From NCBI GenBank assembly GCA_963773285.1, contig CAVZAM010000013.1, positions 3,393 through 67,392 of the forward strand: 64,000 nucleotides of DNA. Reading direction: 5' to 3'. Made by a program: the position numbers and the translations under genes. Positions 41,813-52,423 of this stretch are shown here, one piece after another (the stretch's first letter is position 1; each line of letters opens with the position of its first letter). The stretch is from an uncultured delta proteobacterium (GTDB lineage: Bacteria; Desulfobacterota; Desulfobaccia; Desulfobaccales; 0-14-0-80-60-11). The notes beneath the pieces were generated by a model. The model saw nothing but the letters and a program-made list of their open reading frames with translations, did not search any database and had not been told where the DNA came from.

Positions 41813-42456
41813 GCCTGCCTGTCTATCCGGCCAGCCCGGTAAATCCCTCTTTCTTTAATTTGCCGAAAATTGCCGAAGCCCCGATCCCTGCGTTGGCTCG
41901 AGGTGCGCTCAATTTTCATCCCCCTGCCGTTCGATCTTCCAGGCCTTGCAAAAGTACTTACAGAAATGTGGCACCAAACTTGAATAGATATGAAGAAAAA
42001 TCTGTGGGGGGCAATCATGAAACGCAACAAGCGCACCACCATCCTGGCCCATGAGGACTTGACGCCGCTAACCGAACATATCCTCACCAAAATGGGGAAA
42101 GAAGGCCTGACAATAAGGAAGCGCCTGAAGAATTTCTACCGGGACCGGGCCTCGAGCGGCGAGATCTCCTTCGAGCAACCCCTGGAAGCACCGGTGTGTG
42201 AGGCCGCCTCGAATTAAAAAAAGATTCTCCCGGGGGCAAAAATTTCCGCCCTGCGGCCGCTAATATGTCCCAAAGTGTGGGTGCCGCGGGGCCAAAGTAT
42301 AGTCTTTTCTGACAGGAGGGCAACAATACCGTCAAATAAATGACAACAAGAGGAGGGCAAGGCGGGGTTATGCCCTTGAGTTTGGCCTCGGCCAGATAAC
42401 CGCCAGGCGGACGTTTGGGATTACCAAACCCCGGCAGATGGGGCCTCGGGTTTCTA

Positions 42457-42485
42457 TTGACGCCGCCCCTGCCTGCCAGTATATT
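42457..42485 (+). promoter_or_regulatory. Sigma-70-type promoter (TTGACG-17-TATATT) immediately upstream of the lipoprotein gene
   Basis: -35 TTGACG at 42457-42462, exact 17-nt spacer, -10 TATATT at 42480-42485. The ATG at 42493 lies only 7 nt after the -10 box, implying a leaderless or near-leaderless mRNA. Confidence 0.4.
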
Positions 42486-42492
42486 GTCAGCC

Positions 42493-42927
42493 ATGTTGAA
42501 CAGGAAATTCATGCTTTGGCTGTCTGTAGTGGTGGTTTTGGTTATCGCAGCTTCCGGCTGTGGCGGGGGAATTCAAACGCAATGGCCCCAGAAAAATATT
42601 TTTAACGAGTACTTCCGCCAGCAGGAGATCAAGCTGGGCATGAGCCGGGTGGAAGTGGAAGCCATCATGGGGCCTCCCCAGGTCCAGGAGGAGGCGGATT
42701 ACCGGCAGGGACATTTCGTGCTGTATTTCTACCGCACCCACAACATGGACTACCCCGAGAGCGACACGGTGCGGGGCGGCTTTACCCCGTTTATTTTCAA
42801 GGATAACGTCCTGGTGGGCAAAGGCAGCCGGGCCTACATGAAAGCCGTGGACCGGTCATCCTGGTCCGGGAATATCACGGCGCCGCCTTCCCCTCCCAAC
42901 CAGACCCCCAGGACCCGGAGCTGGTGA
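42493..42927 (+). CDS. Lipoprotein with SmpA/OmlA (BamE-like) domain
   Basis: MLNRKFMLWLSVVVVLVIAASGC lipobox. GMSRVEVEAIMGPP is the BamE/SmpA-OmlA hallmark. Confidence 0.6.
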   Translation: MLNRKFMLWLSVVVVLVIAASGCGGGIQTQWPQKNIFNEYFRQQEIKLGMSRVEVEAIMGPPQVQEEADYRQGHFVLYFYRTHNMDYPESDTVRGGFTPFIFKDNVLVGKGSRAYMKAVDRSSWSGNITAPPSPPNQTPRTRSW

Positions 42928-42938
42928 GGCTTGACACC

Positions 42939-43892
42939 TCAGGACCCCGGCTGTCCTGAGTGGCGGCAAAACCAGGCGTAGGTCTCGCGCAGGCCGTCCT
43001 TCAGTGATGTTTGGGCCCGCCAGCCCAGGCGCGTCAGGCGGCTGACATCCAGAAGCTTCCGGGGGGTGCCATCCGGGAAGGCCGGGTCAAAAACCAGGCG
43101 CCCCTCATAGCCCACCACCCGGGCCACCAGCCGGGCCAGTTCGCCGATGCTCAGGTCTTCACCCACCCCCACGTTGACGATGTCATCCTCGCCGTAGCGT
43201 TCCATGAGAAAGAGACAGGCGTCCGCCAGGTCATCCACGTAGAGAAATTCACGCCGGGGCGTGCCGGTGCCCCAAATGACCACCTCCGGGGCGCGGTCTA
43301 GCCTGGCTTGGTGAATGCGGCCCATGAGCCCTGGAATGACGTGAGAGTTTAGCGGGTCGAAATTGTCCCCGGGGCCATACAGGTTCGTGGGCATGGCGGC
43401 AATGAAGCGGTCGCCGTACTGCCTGCGGTAGGCCTGACACATGGTGATCCCGGCAATCTTGGCCACCGCGTAGGGCTCATTGGTGGGCTCCAGCTTGCCG
43501 CTCAGCAGATGCTCCTCCTGCATGGGCTGGGGGGCAAATTTCGGGTAGATGCACGAGCTTCCCAGGAACAGGAGCTTTTTTACCCCGTGCAGGTGGGACT
43601 GGTGCAGCACGTTGGTCTGGATCATCAGGTTGTCGTAAATGAACTCCGCCGGATACGTGCTGTTGGCCTTGATGCCGCCCACCCGGGCCGCGGCCAGAAA
43701 AACCAATTCCGGCTGCACCTCGGCAAAAAACCGCGCCACCGCGGCCTGGTCCCGGAGATCCAGCTCTGCGGAGGTGCGGCCGATGAGATTGGCATAACCC
43801 GCCTTTTCCAGCCGGCGCCAGATGGCGCCGCCCACCAGGCCGTGATGCCCGGCCACAAAAATCTTGGCGTCTTTCCTCAGTGATTCCGTCAT
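42939..43892 (-). CDS. fcl: GDP-L-fucose synthase
   Basis: [48 protein letters not shown] and [16 protein letters not shown]. Confidence 0.93.
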   Translation of the reverse strand: MTESLRKDAKIFVAGHHGLVGGAIWRRLEKAGYANLIGRTSAELDLRDQAAVARFFAEVQPELVFLAAARVGGIKANSTYPAEFIYDNLMIQTNVLHQSHLHGVKKLLFLGSSCIYPKFAPQPMQEEHLLSGKLEPTNEPYAVAKIAGITMCQAYRRQYGDRFIAAMPTNLYGPGDNFDPLNSHVIPGLMGRIHQARLDRAPEVVIWGTGTPRREFLYVDDLADACLFLMERYGEDDIVNVGVGEDLSIGELARLVARVVGYEGRLVFDPAFPDGTPRKLLDVSRLTRLGWRAQTSLKDGLRETYAWFCRHSGQPGS

Positions 43893-43913
43893 GTTCCAAG
43901 CCTTGTCCTTCTC

Positions 43914-45334
43914 TTAATAAGCGTTCTTGTCTAGAATCGATTTCCACACCGTCAGGCAGATGAGCTTCACGTCCAGCCACAGGGACCAGCGGCGCAGATA
44001 CTCCAGGTCGTAGGCCAGCCTTTTGGCCATTTTTTCCATGGTTTCTGTTTCCCCCCGGAGGCCGTTGACCTGGGCGAGGCCGGTGATGCCGGGCCTGACT
44101 TTGTGGCGCAGCATGTAGCGGGGCAGGTGCTGCCGGTAAAACTCATTGTGGGCCACGGCGTGGGGGCGGGGGCCCACTATGGACATGCGGCCCTGCAGGA
44201 CGTTGAACAACTGGGGCAACTCGTCCAGGCTGGTGCGCCGGAGGAATTTGCCGAAGGCGGTCAACCGGGGATCGTCCCGTATGACCTGGGAGATGTTCGT
44301 GCCGTCCTCGCACACCGTCATGGTGCGGAACTTAAAAATTTTAATCTCCTCGCCCTCCAGGCCGTAACGGCGCTGGGTAAAGAACACCGGGCCCGGGGAG
44401 GTCAATTTCACGCCCGAGGGCGAGCACCAGGAGCAGGGGCGCGGTACACACCAGGAGAAAGCCGGCCAGGACCACGTCCAGCACCCGCTTCAACATGGCG
44501 TTCACCCCGAAAAAAGGCGTCTCCCAGAGGGAAATGAGGGGGATGCCCCTAAGATCGGTGAGGCTGGACTGGAACAGGGAGAAAATAAAGACGTCCGGGG
44601 CGAAGTAGACTGAGGCGGTGGTGTCCTGAAGCTTTTCAATGATGCCGCGCAGCCGGGCCTGGGCCCGGAGCGGCAGGGCCAGATAGACGATATTCACCTG
44701 ATAATCCCTGACAAAGGCTACCATCTCGTTTAAGTCACCCATAACCGGGTAACTCCGGGGTTCGGCGTCCAGGCTGATTTTCTCCCCCGGCTTGTGGTCG
44801 TCGAAAAAGCCCAGGAACTGGATCCCCAGCCAGGGGAGGTCCATGAGGCTCTGGGCCAGGTGCTGACCCAGGGCCCCGGCCCCGGCAACCACGGCGGTGC
44901 GGCGGTTGCGGCCATAGCTTCTGAGCCACCCCAGGCTCTTGTATACCAGCAGGCGCATCCCCAACAGCACCAGGGGCGTCGTGAGAATCCAGGGAAGGAG
45001 CACCCCCCGGGAAAAAGCGGCCGTGGTCTTGGTGACAAACCCCAGGACCAGCAAAAGGCCGGTGACGATAATCCAGGCCACCGCCACCCGACTGCCCCAG
45101 GCGGACGAAGTCCACTCCCCGCCAGGGGCGGTAGATCTGGGAGGCGCGGAAGACCAGGAGGGTAAGGATGAAGGCCAGGGCGGACAGGACCTGGTAAGGT
45201 GTTTGGAACGGCACGCCGTACAGGAGCGCCAGGGAGGCCAGGAACAGGACCACCACCAGCCCGTCCAGAAGCCACTGGATCAGGATCACCAGCCACTGGT
45301 AGTGAGTGAAAATGCCATCCCGCATTCGAGGCAC
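43914..45334 (-). CDS. Polyprenyl-phosphate hexose-1-phosphate transferase (WcaJ/EPS priming sugar transferase), two apparent frameshifts
   Basis: N-terminal TM segments (44735-45334), a central Rossmann-like domain (TAVVAGAGALGQHLA...NIVYLALP), and a C-terminal bacterial sugar transferase domain (SPGPVFFTQRRYGLEGEEIKIFKFRTM...SLDELPQLFNVLQGRMSIVGPRP). Confidence 0.85.
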
Positions 45335-45429
45335 GGTTGCGCCGCCTTCCTTGAAAAAGCCTGTCCGGCCAGTATGCCAGAAATTGTGAAAAATATATCG
45401 GCATTTTTACCGGGGATGGACACCCCATC

Positions 45430-46599
45430 CTAAACCAGACCCGGCTTACCTCTTGCCCTTCCGCCAGCCTGGAACTCGCCCCACTTGTCATCCACAAACT
45501 GCCTGAACTCTTTTTGAAAACGGGCCCGGTCAAAACCGCGGGCGTGATCCCGGCAGGCCCGCGGGGAGATCTCAGCGCGGCATTGGTCAAACCACATAAG
45601 GGCCTCGAGGATGGAAGGCAGCGTCTGTTCCCGGAAAAATACCCCGGTGGTGTCCGGCCGGGGCCGATCCCCGGGGAAAACGCCCTGGACGGTTTCCAGG
45701 GAACCACCGGCCCCGAAGGCGATCACCGGGGTGCCGGCGGCCTGGGCCTCCACCGCGACAATGCCGAATTCTTCCCGGGCGGCGAAGATAAAGCCTTGCG
45801 CCCGGCGCACCAGGTCCACGACCACATGGTTCGGCTGGTATCCCAAAACCGCAATTTTTTCCCCCTGCAGCGCCATCACCTTGGATAGCTCCGGGCCTTC
45901 CCCCACCACCACCAGCCTCTTGCCGGCCCGGGCACAGGCGGCGGCGATGAGGTCCACCTTCTTGTAGGGCACCAGGCGGGAGACGGTGATCAAAAAGTCC
46001 TCCTTGTTTTCCTGCAGGGGGAAGCGGGCCACGTCCACAGGGGGGTAGATGACCGTGCTGTCCCGCCCGTAAAACCGCTGGAGACGGCCGGCGTTGTAGC
46101 GGGAGTTGGTGATGAAATGGTCTACCCGGCGGGCGCTGGCGGCATCCCAGCGGCGGAAGTACCGAAAAGCCAGCCGGGCCAGGGCGTTTTTTATAACCCC
46201 TGCAAACCCTCTGGATTGCAGATAATCGCTGGTCAAATCCCAGGCGTAGCGGGCCGGGGAGTGGCAGTAGCACAGGTGCAGCTGGCCCCGGTGGGTGCGG
46301 ACGCCTTTGGCGATGGCCGCGGAAGATGACACCACGAGGTCCGCCGCCGACACGTCCAGGCTCTCCACCGCCAGGGGCATGAGAGGCAGGTAGAACCGGC
46401 GGTGGGTGCGGCTCAGGGGCAGGCGTTGGAGAAAAGAAGTGGTGACCGGGAGGCCTTGCAGAAAAAAACGCTCCGGCCCCGCCAGGAAGTCCACCAGGGC
46501 GAAAATCCTTTCAGCCGGCAGGCACTGAAGGATGGCTTCCAGGACCCGTTCCGAGCCGGCGTAGGTATACAGCCAGTCATGAATGACCAAGGTTCTCAA
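45430..46599 (-). CDS. Glycosyltransferase family 4
   Basis: GT-B fold with the EEFGIVAVEAQAAGTPVIAFGAGGSLETV E-x7-E-type motif. Confidence 0.85.
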   Translation of the reverse strand: MRTLVIHDWLYTYAGSERVLEAILQCLPAERIFALVDFLAGPERFFLQGLPVTTSFLQRLPLSRTHRRFYLPLMPLAVESLDVSAADLVVSSSAAIAKGVRTHRGQLHLCYCHSPARYAWDLTSDYLQSRGFAGVIKNALARLAFRYFRRWDAASARRVDHFITNSRYNAGRLQRFYGRDSTVIYPPVDVARFPLQENKEDFLITVSRLVPYKKVDLIAAACARAGKRLVVVGEGPELSKVMALQGEKIAVLGYQPNHVVVDLVRRAQGFIFAAREEFGIVAVEAQAAGTPVIAFGAGGSLETVQGVFPGDRPRPDTTGVFFREQTLPSILEALMWFDQCRAEISPRACRDHARGFDRARFQKEFRQFVDDKWGEFQAGGRARGKPGLV

Positions 46600-46702
46600 A
46601 GTCGCGCCCCTGGATCGGACCCGAACAGGGGCCCGGCGGCGATCCTGATACTCACCCGCGTGCCGGTATTCCCCCAGAATGGCTTGACCACGTGAGCCCC
46701 GG

Positions 46703-48090
46703 TTAATCCCGTGCCAATGGCTTCAGGCTGACCGGCTTTTCCGGAAGCTTTGCCTGCCCCATAACCGGGAGGAAGAAGAGCAAGAAGATCAGGCCGATAA
46801 TAACCTGGATGAGCGTGGCGGCCGCGAAGTCGAATTCCTGTTCGATGCCCAGGGCCGCGGGTGTGCCGAACAAGGCGAGTATAATCGAACTCCCCAGCGG
46901 CCCGCGGCTTTGCTGCCAGCTTTCCAGAAAGCCCACCAGCACACCGTAAAAGGCGGCCCCCACCGCCACCAGAAGAATGCCGTTAATTTGATATAAATCA
47001 GCGCACATGCTGGGGGAAATATTAGCCTCCTCCCGCTTGGTGAGACCCCGTTCGCCCATGGCCCAGATAGTCGTGGAGAAATTCCGGCCCCGGTGCGTTT
47101 CGGACTTTTTGTCAACGATGGAGCGGGGGATGACCCGCCAGGCCAGGTCGGCGAAAATATTGAGTTGCGAATAGGGGAAAAAGGAAGGCACGAGATTGAC
47201 CGTAAGAGCCACAGAGTCAAAACCGTGGAAGCGGTTGACCAGCCGCACCCATGAGGGCTTGATGTGCTGTTGTTTGGAACCCCAGATTTCTTCCCCGAAG
47301 CTGGCCGCCGGCCGGTTAAAAATCCCGGTATCCATACTGGACCGCCGGTAGTCATTCACTATGGTGGCCACCAGCAGCAGGGCCAGCATACCCACCAGGA
47401 AGGCGCCGAGCGACCTGAAACGCCGGGTCTTCAGGGCCGGCACCAGGATGCAGAGGATGACCGCAAAAATCAGGGTCCGGAAAGGGGAGTAAAGATATGC
47501 CAGTATCCCCGGGATCAAGTAAAGAAACGGCCGCAGACTTAAGGGGTGCCCCTGAAAATAATTAAACCAGGCCGTGGCGGCGGCGATGGCATAAAAACTT
47601 CCCAAGATGGCCAGGGGAGTATTGATGACCCGGGGAATGACATCCAACCCGGTTAACACGATGAGGACGCTGCAGCAAAAGACCAGGACATCCAGAGTCA
47701 GATAATTCTCCGGAGCGGCCATCAGGTCTAATTTATCCAGGAGGACGGGGCGCGGGGGGGCAACCTCACCACCAGGAGATAGCCCAGCGTGAAGGCCAGC
47801 CAGTACAGGGCCAGGGCAATCCAACTCCAGGTGAAGATAGCTGCCGGCATCCGCCACAAGGGGTACAGGGTGGCCTGGAAAAACTTGGGGTCGCTGACCA
47901 GGAAAATAAACCGGAGCACAAAGGTAACCCCGAAGGCGATCCAGGCAAGCCCGAAAAAAGAGACGGGAATGGCCGTCCAGGTCAAGCGATGGAGGCCGGC
48001 GGCCTCGCTGGTGAGGCGGACCGACCAGAGCCAGAGGCCGGCGGCCGCGGCAAAGGCCAGCCAGGCGGAGGCGGTCAGGTCAAGATACAT
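46703..48090 (-). CDS. O-antigen/EPS repeat-unit polymerase (Wzy-like) polytopic membrane protein, frameshift near 47800
   Basis: About 10 or more predicted TM helices over two overlapping frames (47728-48090 and 46703-47857). The position inside a GT cluster fits Wzy. There is no strong sequence signature. Confidence 0.5.
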
Positions 48091-48223
48091 GGGTTTCTGC
48101 TCTTATTCATCACGTGTTTGATGGCCGACCCATTCCCCGTCTTTTTTTGCCGGACCTGCCGCTTCAACCCGGCGATCCCGCCGGCGGAACTTTTTCGCAC
48201 CTGAACCGCCCGCCTTGCCGGTA

Positions 48224-49380
48224 TCATAGCACCACGCCGTGAAACACTCGAGCGATAAGCGCGGCGTGTCTTGGCGGTGAGAAGTGTTGCATGGCTGCCT
48301 CCCGGCCGGCCTGGCCCAGCCTGTCCCTAAGAGCAGGCGAGCGCAAGAGGGCGATCACGGCCGCGGCCAGCTCCTCTGAGTCGCCCATGTCGTAAAGCAG
48401 GCCATTGTCGCCGTGGCGGACGAATTCCGGAATTCCCCCGGCCCGGGGGCCCACCACGGCCCGGCCACAGGACATGGCCTCGAGGAGGGTGCGACCGAAT
48501 GGTTCGGGCTGCACCGAGGCATTCACCACCACATCCAGGGCCCGGTACCAGGGAGCGATATCCGTCTGAAAGCCGGTGAACAGCACCCGGTCCCCAAGGC
48601 CTGACTCCCGGGCCTGCCGCCGCAGGCAATCGCCATAGCCTGCCTCGCGGCCGGAATCATAGATGTCCCCCCCACCACCAGAAAACCGGCCTGGGGGAAT
48701 TCTTTGGCAATATCCCGGGCGGCGTCAAAAAACAGGGAGTGGCCTTTCCACCGGGCAAAGGCCGCCACCAGGCCTACCCGCAGACCAAATTGGCTCCAGG
48801 CTCCGGGAGGCGGCAGGGGGCCGTCGGGGGAAAATTCTTCGGGGTCCACGGCATTGTGCACCACGGTAATCTTGTCGGGATGCCTTAGGCGTTTCTGAAA
48901 GTCCTGGGCCACCGCCCGGGAGTTGGCGATAATGGCGGCGGGCCCCCGGTCGGCCAGGAGGCCGGCATAGCGGCCGGGCCAGAAATCCCGGAGGTGCCAG
49001 ACCACGCGCCCCTTGACCCAGGGTGCGAGCAATGCTCCCAGGACATGACCCTTGATGCCGTTGGTGTAGATGACCTCGGGGGCGAGATGGTTTATTCTGC
49101 GCCTGAGCCCTGTGGCATAACGGAGGCCCGGGAGTAAGGCTTTAAGATGCCTGGCGATGGATAGAGCACCCTGCCCCCGGGAAAGGCTCATGAATTCCCG
49201 GGGCATGGGGGCCACCTCCCAGGGTACGTTTATCCTGGTCAGGGCCGCCGCCAGAGGACCTTCCCGGGGGAGGAGCACCACGGCCTCCACCAGGGTTCCC
49301 TGGGCCGCCTTGAGAAAGGTCAGAAGGCTCCGTTCGGCCCCGCCCAACTCCGCGGCCGGAGACAGGATGGCCACCCGCAT
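48224..49380 (-). CDS. Glycosyltransferase family 4 (frameshift near 48560)
   Basis: N-domain MRVAILSPAAELGGAERSL. C-domain EPFGRTLLEAMSCGRAVVGPRAGGIPEFV in the second frame. Confidence 0.8.
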
Positions 49381-50201
49381 CAGGGTTTGGTTCCTTTGCC
49401 CGCGGCCAAAATTTCTCTTGCCGGCAGGAGGCCAGTCACCGCCGCCGCAATTTCTTCAGGGGCAATCAAGGCCAGGCATTGCGACTGCTCCCGGCAGGCC
49501 GGCTGCGCCTTTATCCCCCGGTGCGGCAGACACTCGCACCGGCAGTGCTGGAAAACCGATAAGGCCGCGTAGCGCCCCGGTACACCCCGCGGGTCCGTGG
49601 AAAAAATTTCCGTGGGCCCATAGAGGGCCACCACCGGGAGCGTGGTCGCCAGGGCGGCGTGCAGCAGCCCCCCGTCGATGGTCAAAACCACGTCACAGGC
49701 CGCCATGACCGCGGCGCTGGCCGAGAGAGATAGCTCCCCGCCCAGGTCCAGGCCCCGGGGGCCGAGCATGGCCAGGAGGTGGCCGTGACCGGAGCGGGAG
49801 TGCTGGTCTCCCAGGAGGACCACGGCGCCAACGGCGCCCTGATCAATGAGCCTGGTCAGGGCCTGGCCCAACTTTGCCAGGGGGTACTGCCGCTGGGGGA
49901 TGCTCTGGTTGACCACGGCATTTACCGCCAGGAGGGGCCGGGGGAGCTTTTTCAGCTGCAGCCGGGCCCGGGCCAGGGCATGTTCCTCCCACAGGGGCGG
50001 CGCCATGTGCAGCCTTAGAGGGTTAGGGGCCGCCACCCCCAGAAGGTCGCAAAAAGCTAAAATATCCTGCCGGCCCACATCCTGGGGCCGGGAGCGGTAA
50101 GGCCGGGGCAGCCGCCAGAAGAATTTCCCCAGGCGCAGGCTTGGCGACCACTGCGGCACCCAGGCCCGCCGGTCCTTCACCCCCGCCAGGGCCCCCACCA
50201 C
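49380..50201 (-). CDS. Glycosyltransferase family 9 (heptosyltransferase-like), C-terminal two thirds; continues the upstream ORF via one frameshift
   Basis: DGGLLHAALATTLPVVALYGPT is a GT9 motif. The frame is open upstream of the GTG (…YYRDLRRNPPDLLVSTLISRLAWVVGALAGVKDRR) and meets the GT9 N-terminal segment encoded at the end of 50219-52363. Confidence 0.7.
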   Translation of the reverse strand: MVGALAGVKDRRAWVPQWSPSLRLGKFFWRLPRPYRSRPQDVGRQDILAFCDLLGVAAPNPLRLHMAPPLWEEHALARARLQLKKLPRPLLAVNAVVNQSIPQRQYPLAKLGQALTRLIDQGAVGAVVLLGDQHSRSGHGHLLAMLGPRGLDLGGELSLSASAAVMAACDVVLTIDGGLLHAALATTLPVVALYGPTEIFSTDPRGVPGRYAALSVFQHCRCECLPHRGIKAQPACREQSQCLALIAPEEIAAAVTGLLPAREILAAGKGTKP

Positions 50202-50218
50202 CCAGGCCAGGCGGGAGA

Positions 50219-52363
50219 TCAGGGTGGAGACCAGGAGGTCCGGGGGGTTGCGGCGGAGGTCCCGATAGTAATGGCAAGAATTTCTTTAGACCCCCGCTGA
50301 TCAAAATCCACCGGAACCTGGCGGTCCACCGGGCTCACCCCCGCCATCACCTGATCGCTGCCGCGTCCCCGGGCCGTGTACAAGGTCATGGAGATGTTCG
50401 GGTCGGTGCGGCCGAACTGCCTGATACCCGGGGTCAGGCACAGGGTATCCCCGATGCCGGCCGGGGCAACCACCGCCACCCGCCGGACGGGCCGCCCCGG
50501 GTCAAGTTCCCGGGCGCAATCGGCCACCTCCCCGGGGTGCTCTGCCGCCTGCCCCCGGTCCAGGATGGCCCGGGCCCAAAATTCCAGGACCAGGAGCTGG
50601 TAGAGGCGGCGGCCGTGGGCCGCGTGCCCGGCAACATGCTCGCCCACGAGGCGGCGCAGCTCTTCTGCCTCCACCCAGCCCCGACCCAGGGTCCGGTCAT
50701 CCAGGAGCACGTCCTGGACCAGGGGCCGCCACTCGGCCCGCAGCCAGTCATCGATGGGCAGGTGGAAGGGTTTTTTACGGGACCAGGAAAGGTGCCCCGG
50801 CAGCAGATCCCCCACGGCTTCGGATAAGACCAGCTTCCCCCGCCAGAAACCCAGGCGCGCCCCCACCGGCATTGTCAAGGCCAGGTTCGCCACCTCCTGG
50901 TCCAAAAAAGGCGCCCGGATTTCCACGGACGCAGCCATGGACATCTTGTCGAGCTTCACCAGGATATTTTCCACCAGCCAGGATCTGATGTCCTCCCGCT
51001 GTATCTGCAGGACCGCCTCCGTCACCCCAACCCGCCCATCTCCCCCGGAAAAGGCCCCCCGGCGCCCTCGCCCGTGGTCCAGCCAGTAGCGGTCCCGGCG
51101 CAGAGGGTCCCGGGGGGCTGACAGGGTGCGCTCCAGGAGCGACCGTGGGGGCAGAAAGCGGCACAGGGTCTGCCTCAGGGCGGCGGGGAGCACGCCGGTG
51201 ACGGCCTGGGACAGGGCGTGCAGCCGGTACCGGGGGTAACCCAGGAGCAATTCGTCCGAGCCGTCCCCGGTGAGGAGCACGGTGACCTCCTGCCGGGCCC
51301 GGCGGCAGATGAGGTAGGTGGCCAGGGCCGAAGGGTCGGCGATGGGCTCGTCCATCTGGGAGGCCACAAAAGGCAGGAGCCGGCCGCACCGGGGATTGAT
51401 GAGGAGGGCGTGATGCCTGGCGCCGAAGTGACGGGCGGTTTGGCGCGCCAGCTCGCTCTCATCGAATTTTGACCCCCCGAAGCAGGCGGTGTAAGTGCGC
51501 ACCGGCTCCGGGGATTTTCGGGCCATCAGGGCCAGGAGGGTGCTGGAATCAACCCCGCCGGAAAGCAGCAGGCCCACGGGAACGTCGGCCACCAGCCGCC
51601 GGCGGGTGGCGTCGGCGAGCTTTTCCCGCAGCAAGGCGCCCGCCTCCGGCAGGGACAAGGCGCGGCCCTGGGCGTGGGGTTCGGGGAGCTGCCAGTAACG
51701 CTGTTCGGTTAGGCGGCCCTGCTCCCACACCAGGAAGCACCCGGGCGAGACTTTGCGGAAGCCCTGGACCAGGCACCGGTCCGGGGGGGGATAGCCCCGG
51801 TCCAGGTAATACTCCAGGGCCACCGGGTCGAGACGGCGGGGGTGGTCGGCGCTAAGCAGGGCTTTCAATTCCGAGGCAAAAGCCAGGCCCTGCCTGCCGC
51901 CGTCCCGGTAATACAGGGGCTTTTTCCCGAAGCGGTCCCGGGCCAGGAGCAGCCGGCCTGCCCCCCGGCCGTCCCAGAGGGCGAAGGCGAACATGCCATT
52001 GAGGCGCGCCACCACGCCGTCGCCCCACACCCGGTAGCCCCGGAGAATCACCTCGGTGTCGGTGCGGCTGCGGAAACGTTCCCCCTGGTCTTCAAGCTCC
52101 CGCCGCAGTTCGGGAAAATTGTAAATTTCGCCGTTATAAACCAGGGCCAGCGGCTCGTCCGGATGCTCCATGGGCATGCGGCCCGCCGGGCTCAGGTCGA
52201 GGATGGCCAGCCGGGTCGACCCCAAAGAGGCCGCCACCCGCCGGGAGGCGCTCACATACCGTGCCTCGCCCCGGCCGTCAGGCCCGCGGCAGGCCAGGAG
52301 GTCCAGCCGGAGAGGCGGCGGGGCTGTGTCCCGGAACCCTATCCACCCTGCTAGGCCGCACAT
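50219..52363 (-). CDS. Asparagine synthase (glutamine-hydrolysing)-family amidotransferase, with no stop before a GT9 N-terminal segment
   Basis: MCGLAGWIG Ntn-Cys, SGGVDSS PP-loop, and a C-terminal LLVLEFWARAIL typical of the AsnB end. The frame then continues into RRVAVVAPAGIGDTLCLTPGIRQF (GT9 start motif). Confidence 0.85.
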   Translation of the reverse strand: MCGLAGWIGFRDTAPPPLRLDLLACRGPDGRGEARYVSASRRVAASLGSTRLAILDLSPAGRMPMEHPDEPLALVYNGEIYNFPELRRELEDQGERFRSRTDTEVILRGYRVWGDGVVARLNGMFAFALWDGRGAGRLLLARDRFGKKPLYYRDGGRQGLAFASELKALLSADHPRRLDPVALEYYLDRGYPPPDRCLVQGFRKVSPGCFLVWEQGRLTEQRYWQLPEPHAQGRALSLPEAGALLREKLADATRRRLVADVPVGLLLSGGVDSSTLLALMARKSPEPVRTYTACFGGSKFDESELARQTARHFGARHHALLINPRCGRLLPFVASQMDEPIADPSALATYLICRRARQEVTVLLTGDGSDELLLGYPRYRLHALSQAVTGVLPAALRQTLCRFLPPRSLLERTLSAPRDPLRRDRYWLDHGRGRRGAFSGGDGRVGVTEAVLQIQREDIRSWLVENILVKLDKMSMAASVEIRAPFLDQEVANLALTMPVGARLGFWRGKLVLSEAVGDLLPGHLSWSRKKPFHLPIDDWLRAEWRPLVQDVLLDDRTLGRGWVEAEELRRLVGEHVAGHAAHGRRLYQLLVLEFWARAILDRGQAAEHPGEVADCARELDPGRPVRRVAVVAPAGIGDTLCLTPGIRQFGRTDPNISMTLYTARGRGSDQVMAGVSPVDRQVPVDFDQRGSKEILAITIGTSAATPRTSWSPP

Positions 52364-52423
52364 CGGCAGACCACCCGGTCATCCTCCAAGGTGGAAAACC
52401 CACCGGGAGGGCAAGTGTGTAAT

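Noticed and set aside
41969-41983. Sigma-54-like site TGGCAC-CAAAC-TTGA upstream of a 66-75-aa ORF (41990-42217)
   Set aside because: The -12 element reads TTGA and lacks the invariant GC. The ORF has no recognisable family and may be non-coding. I noted it but do not call it.
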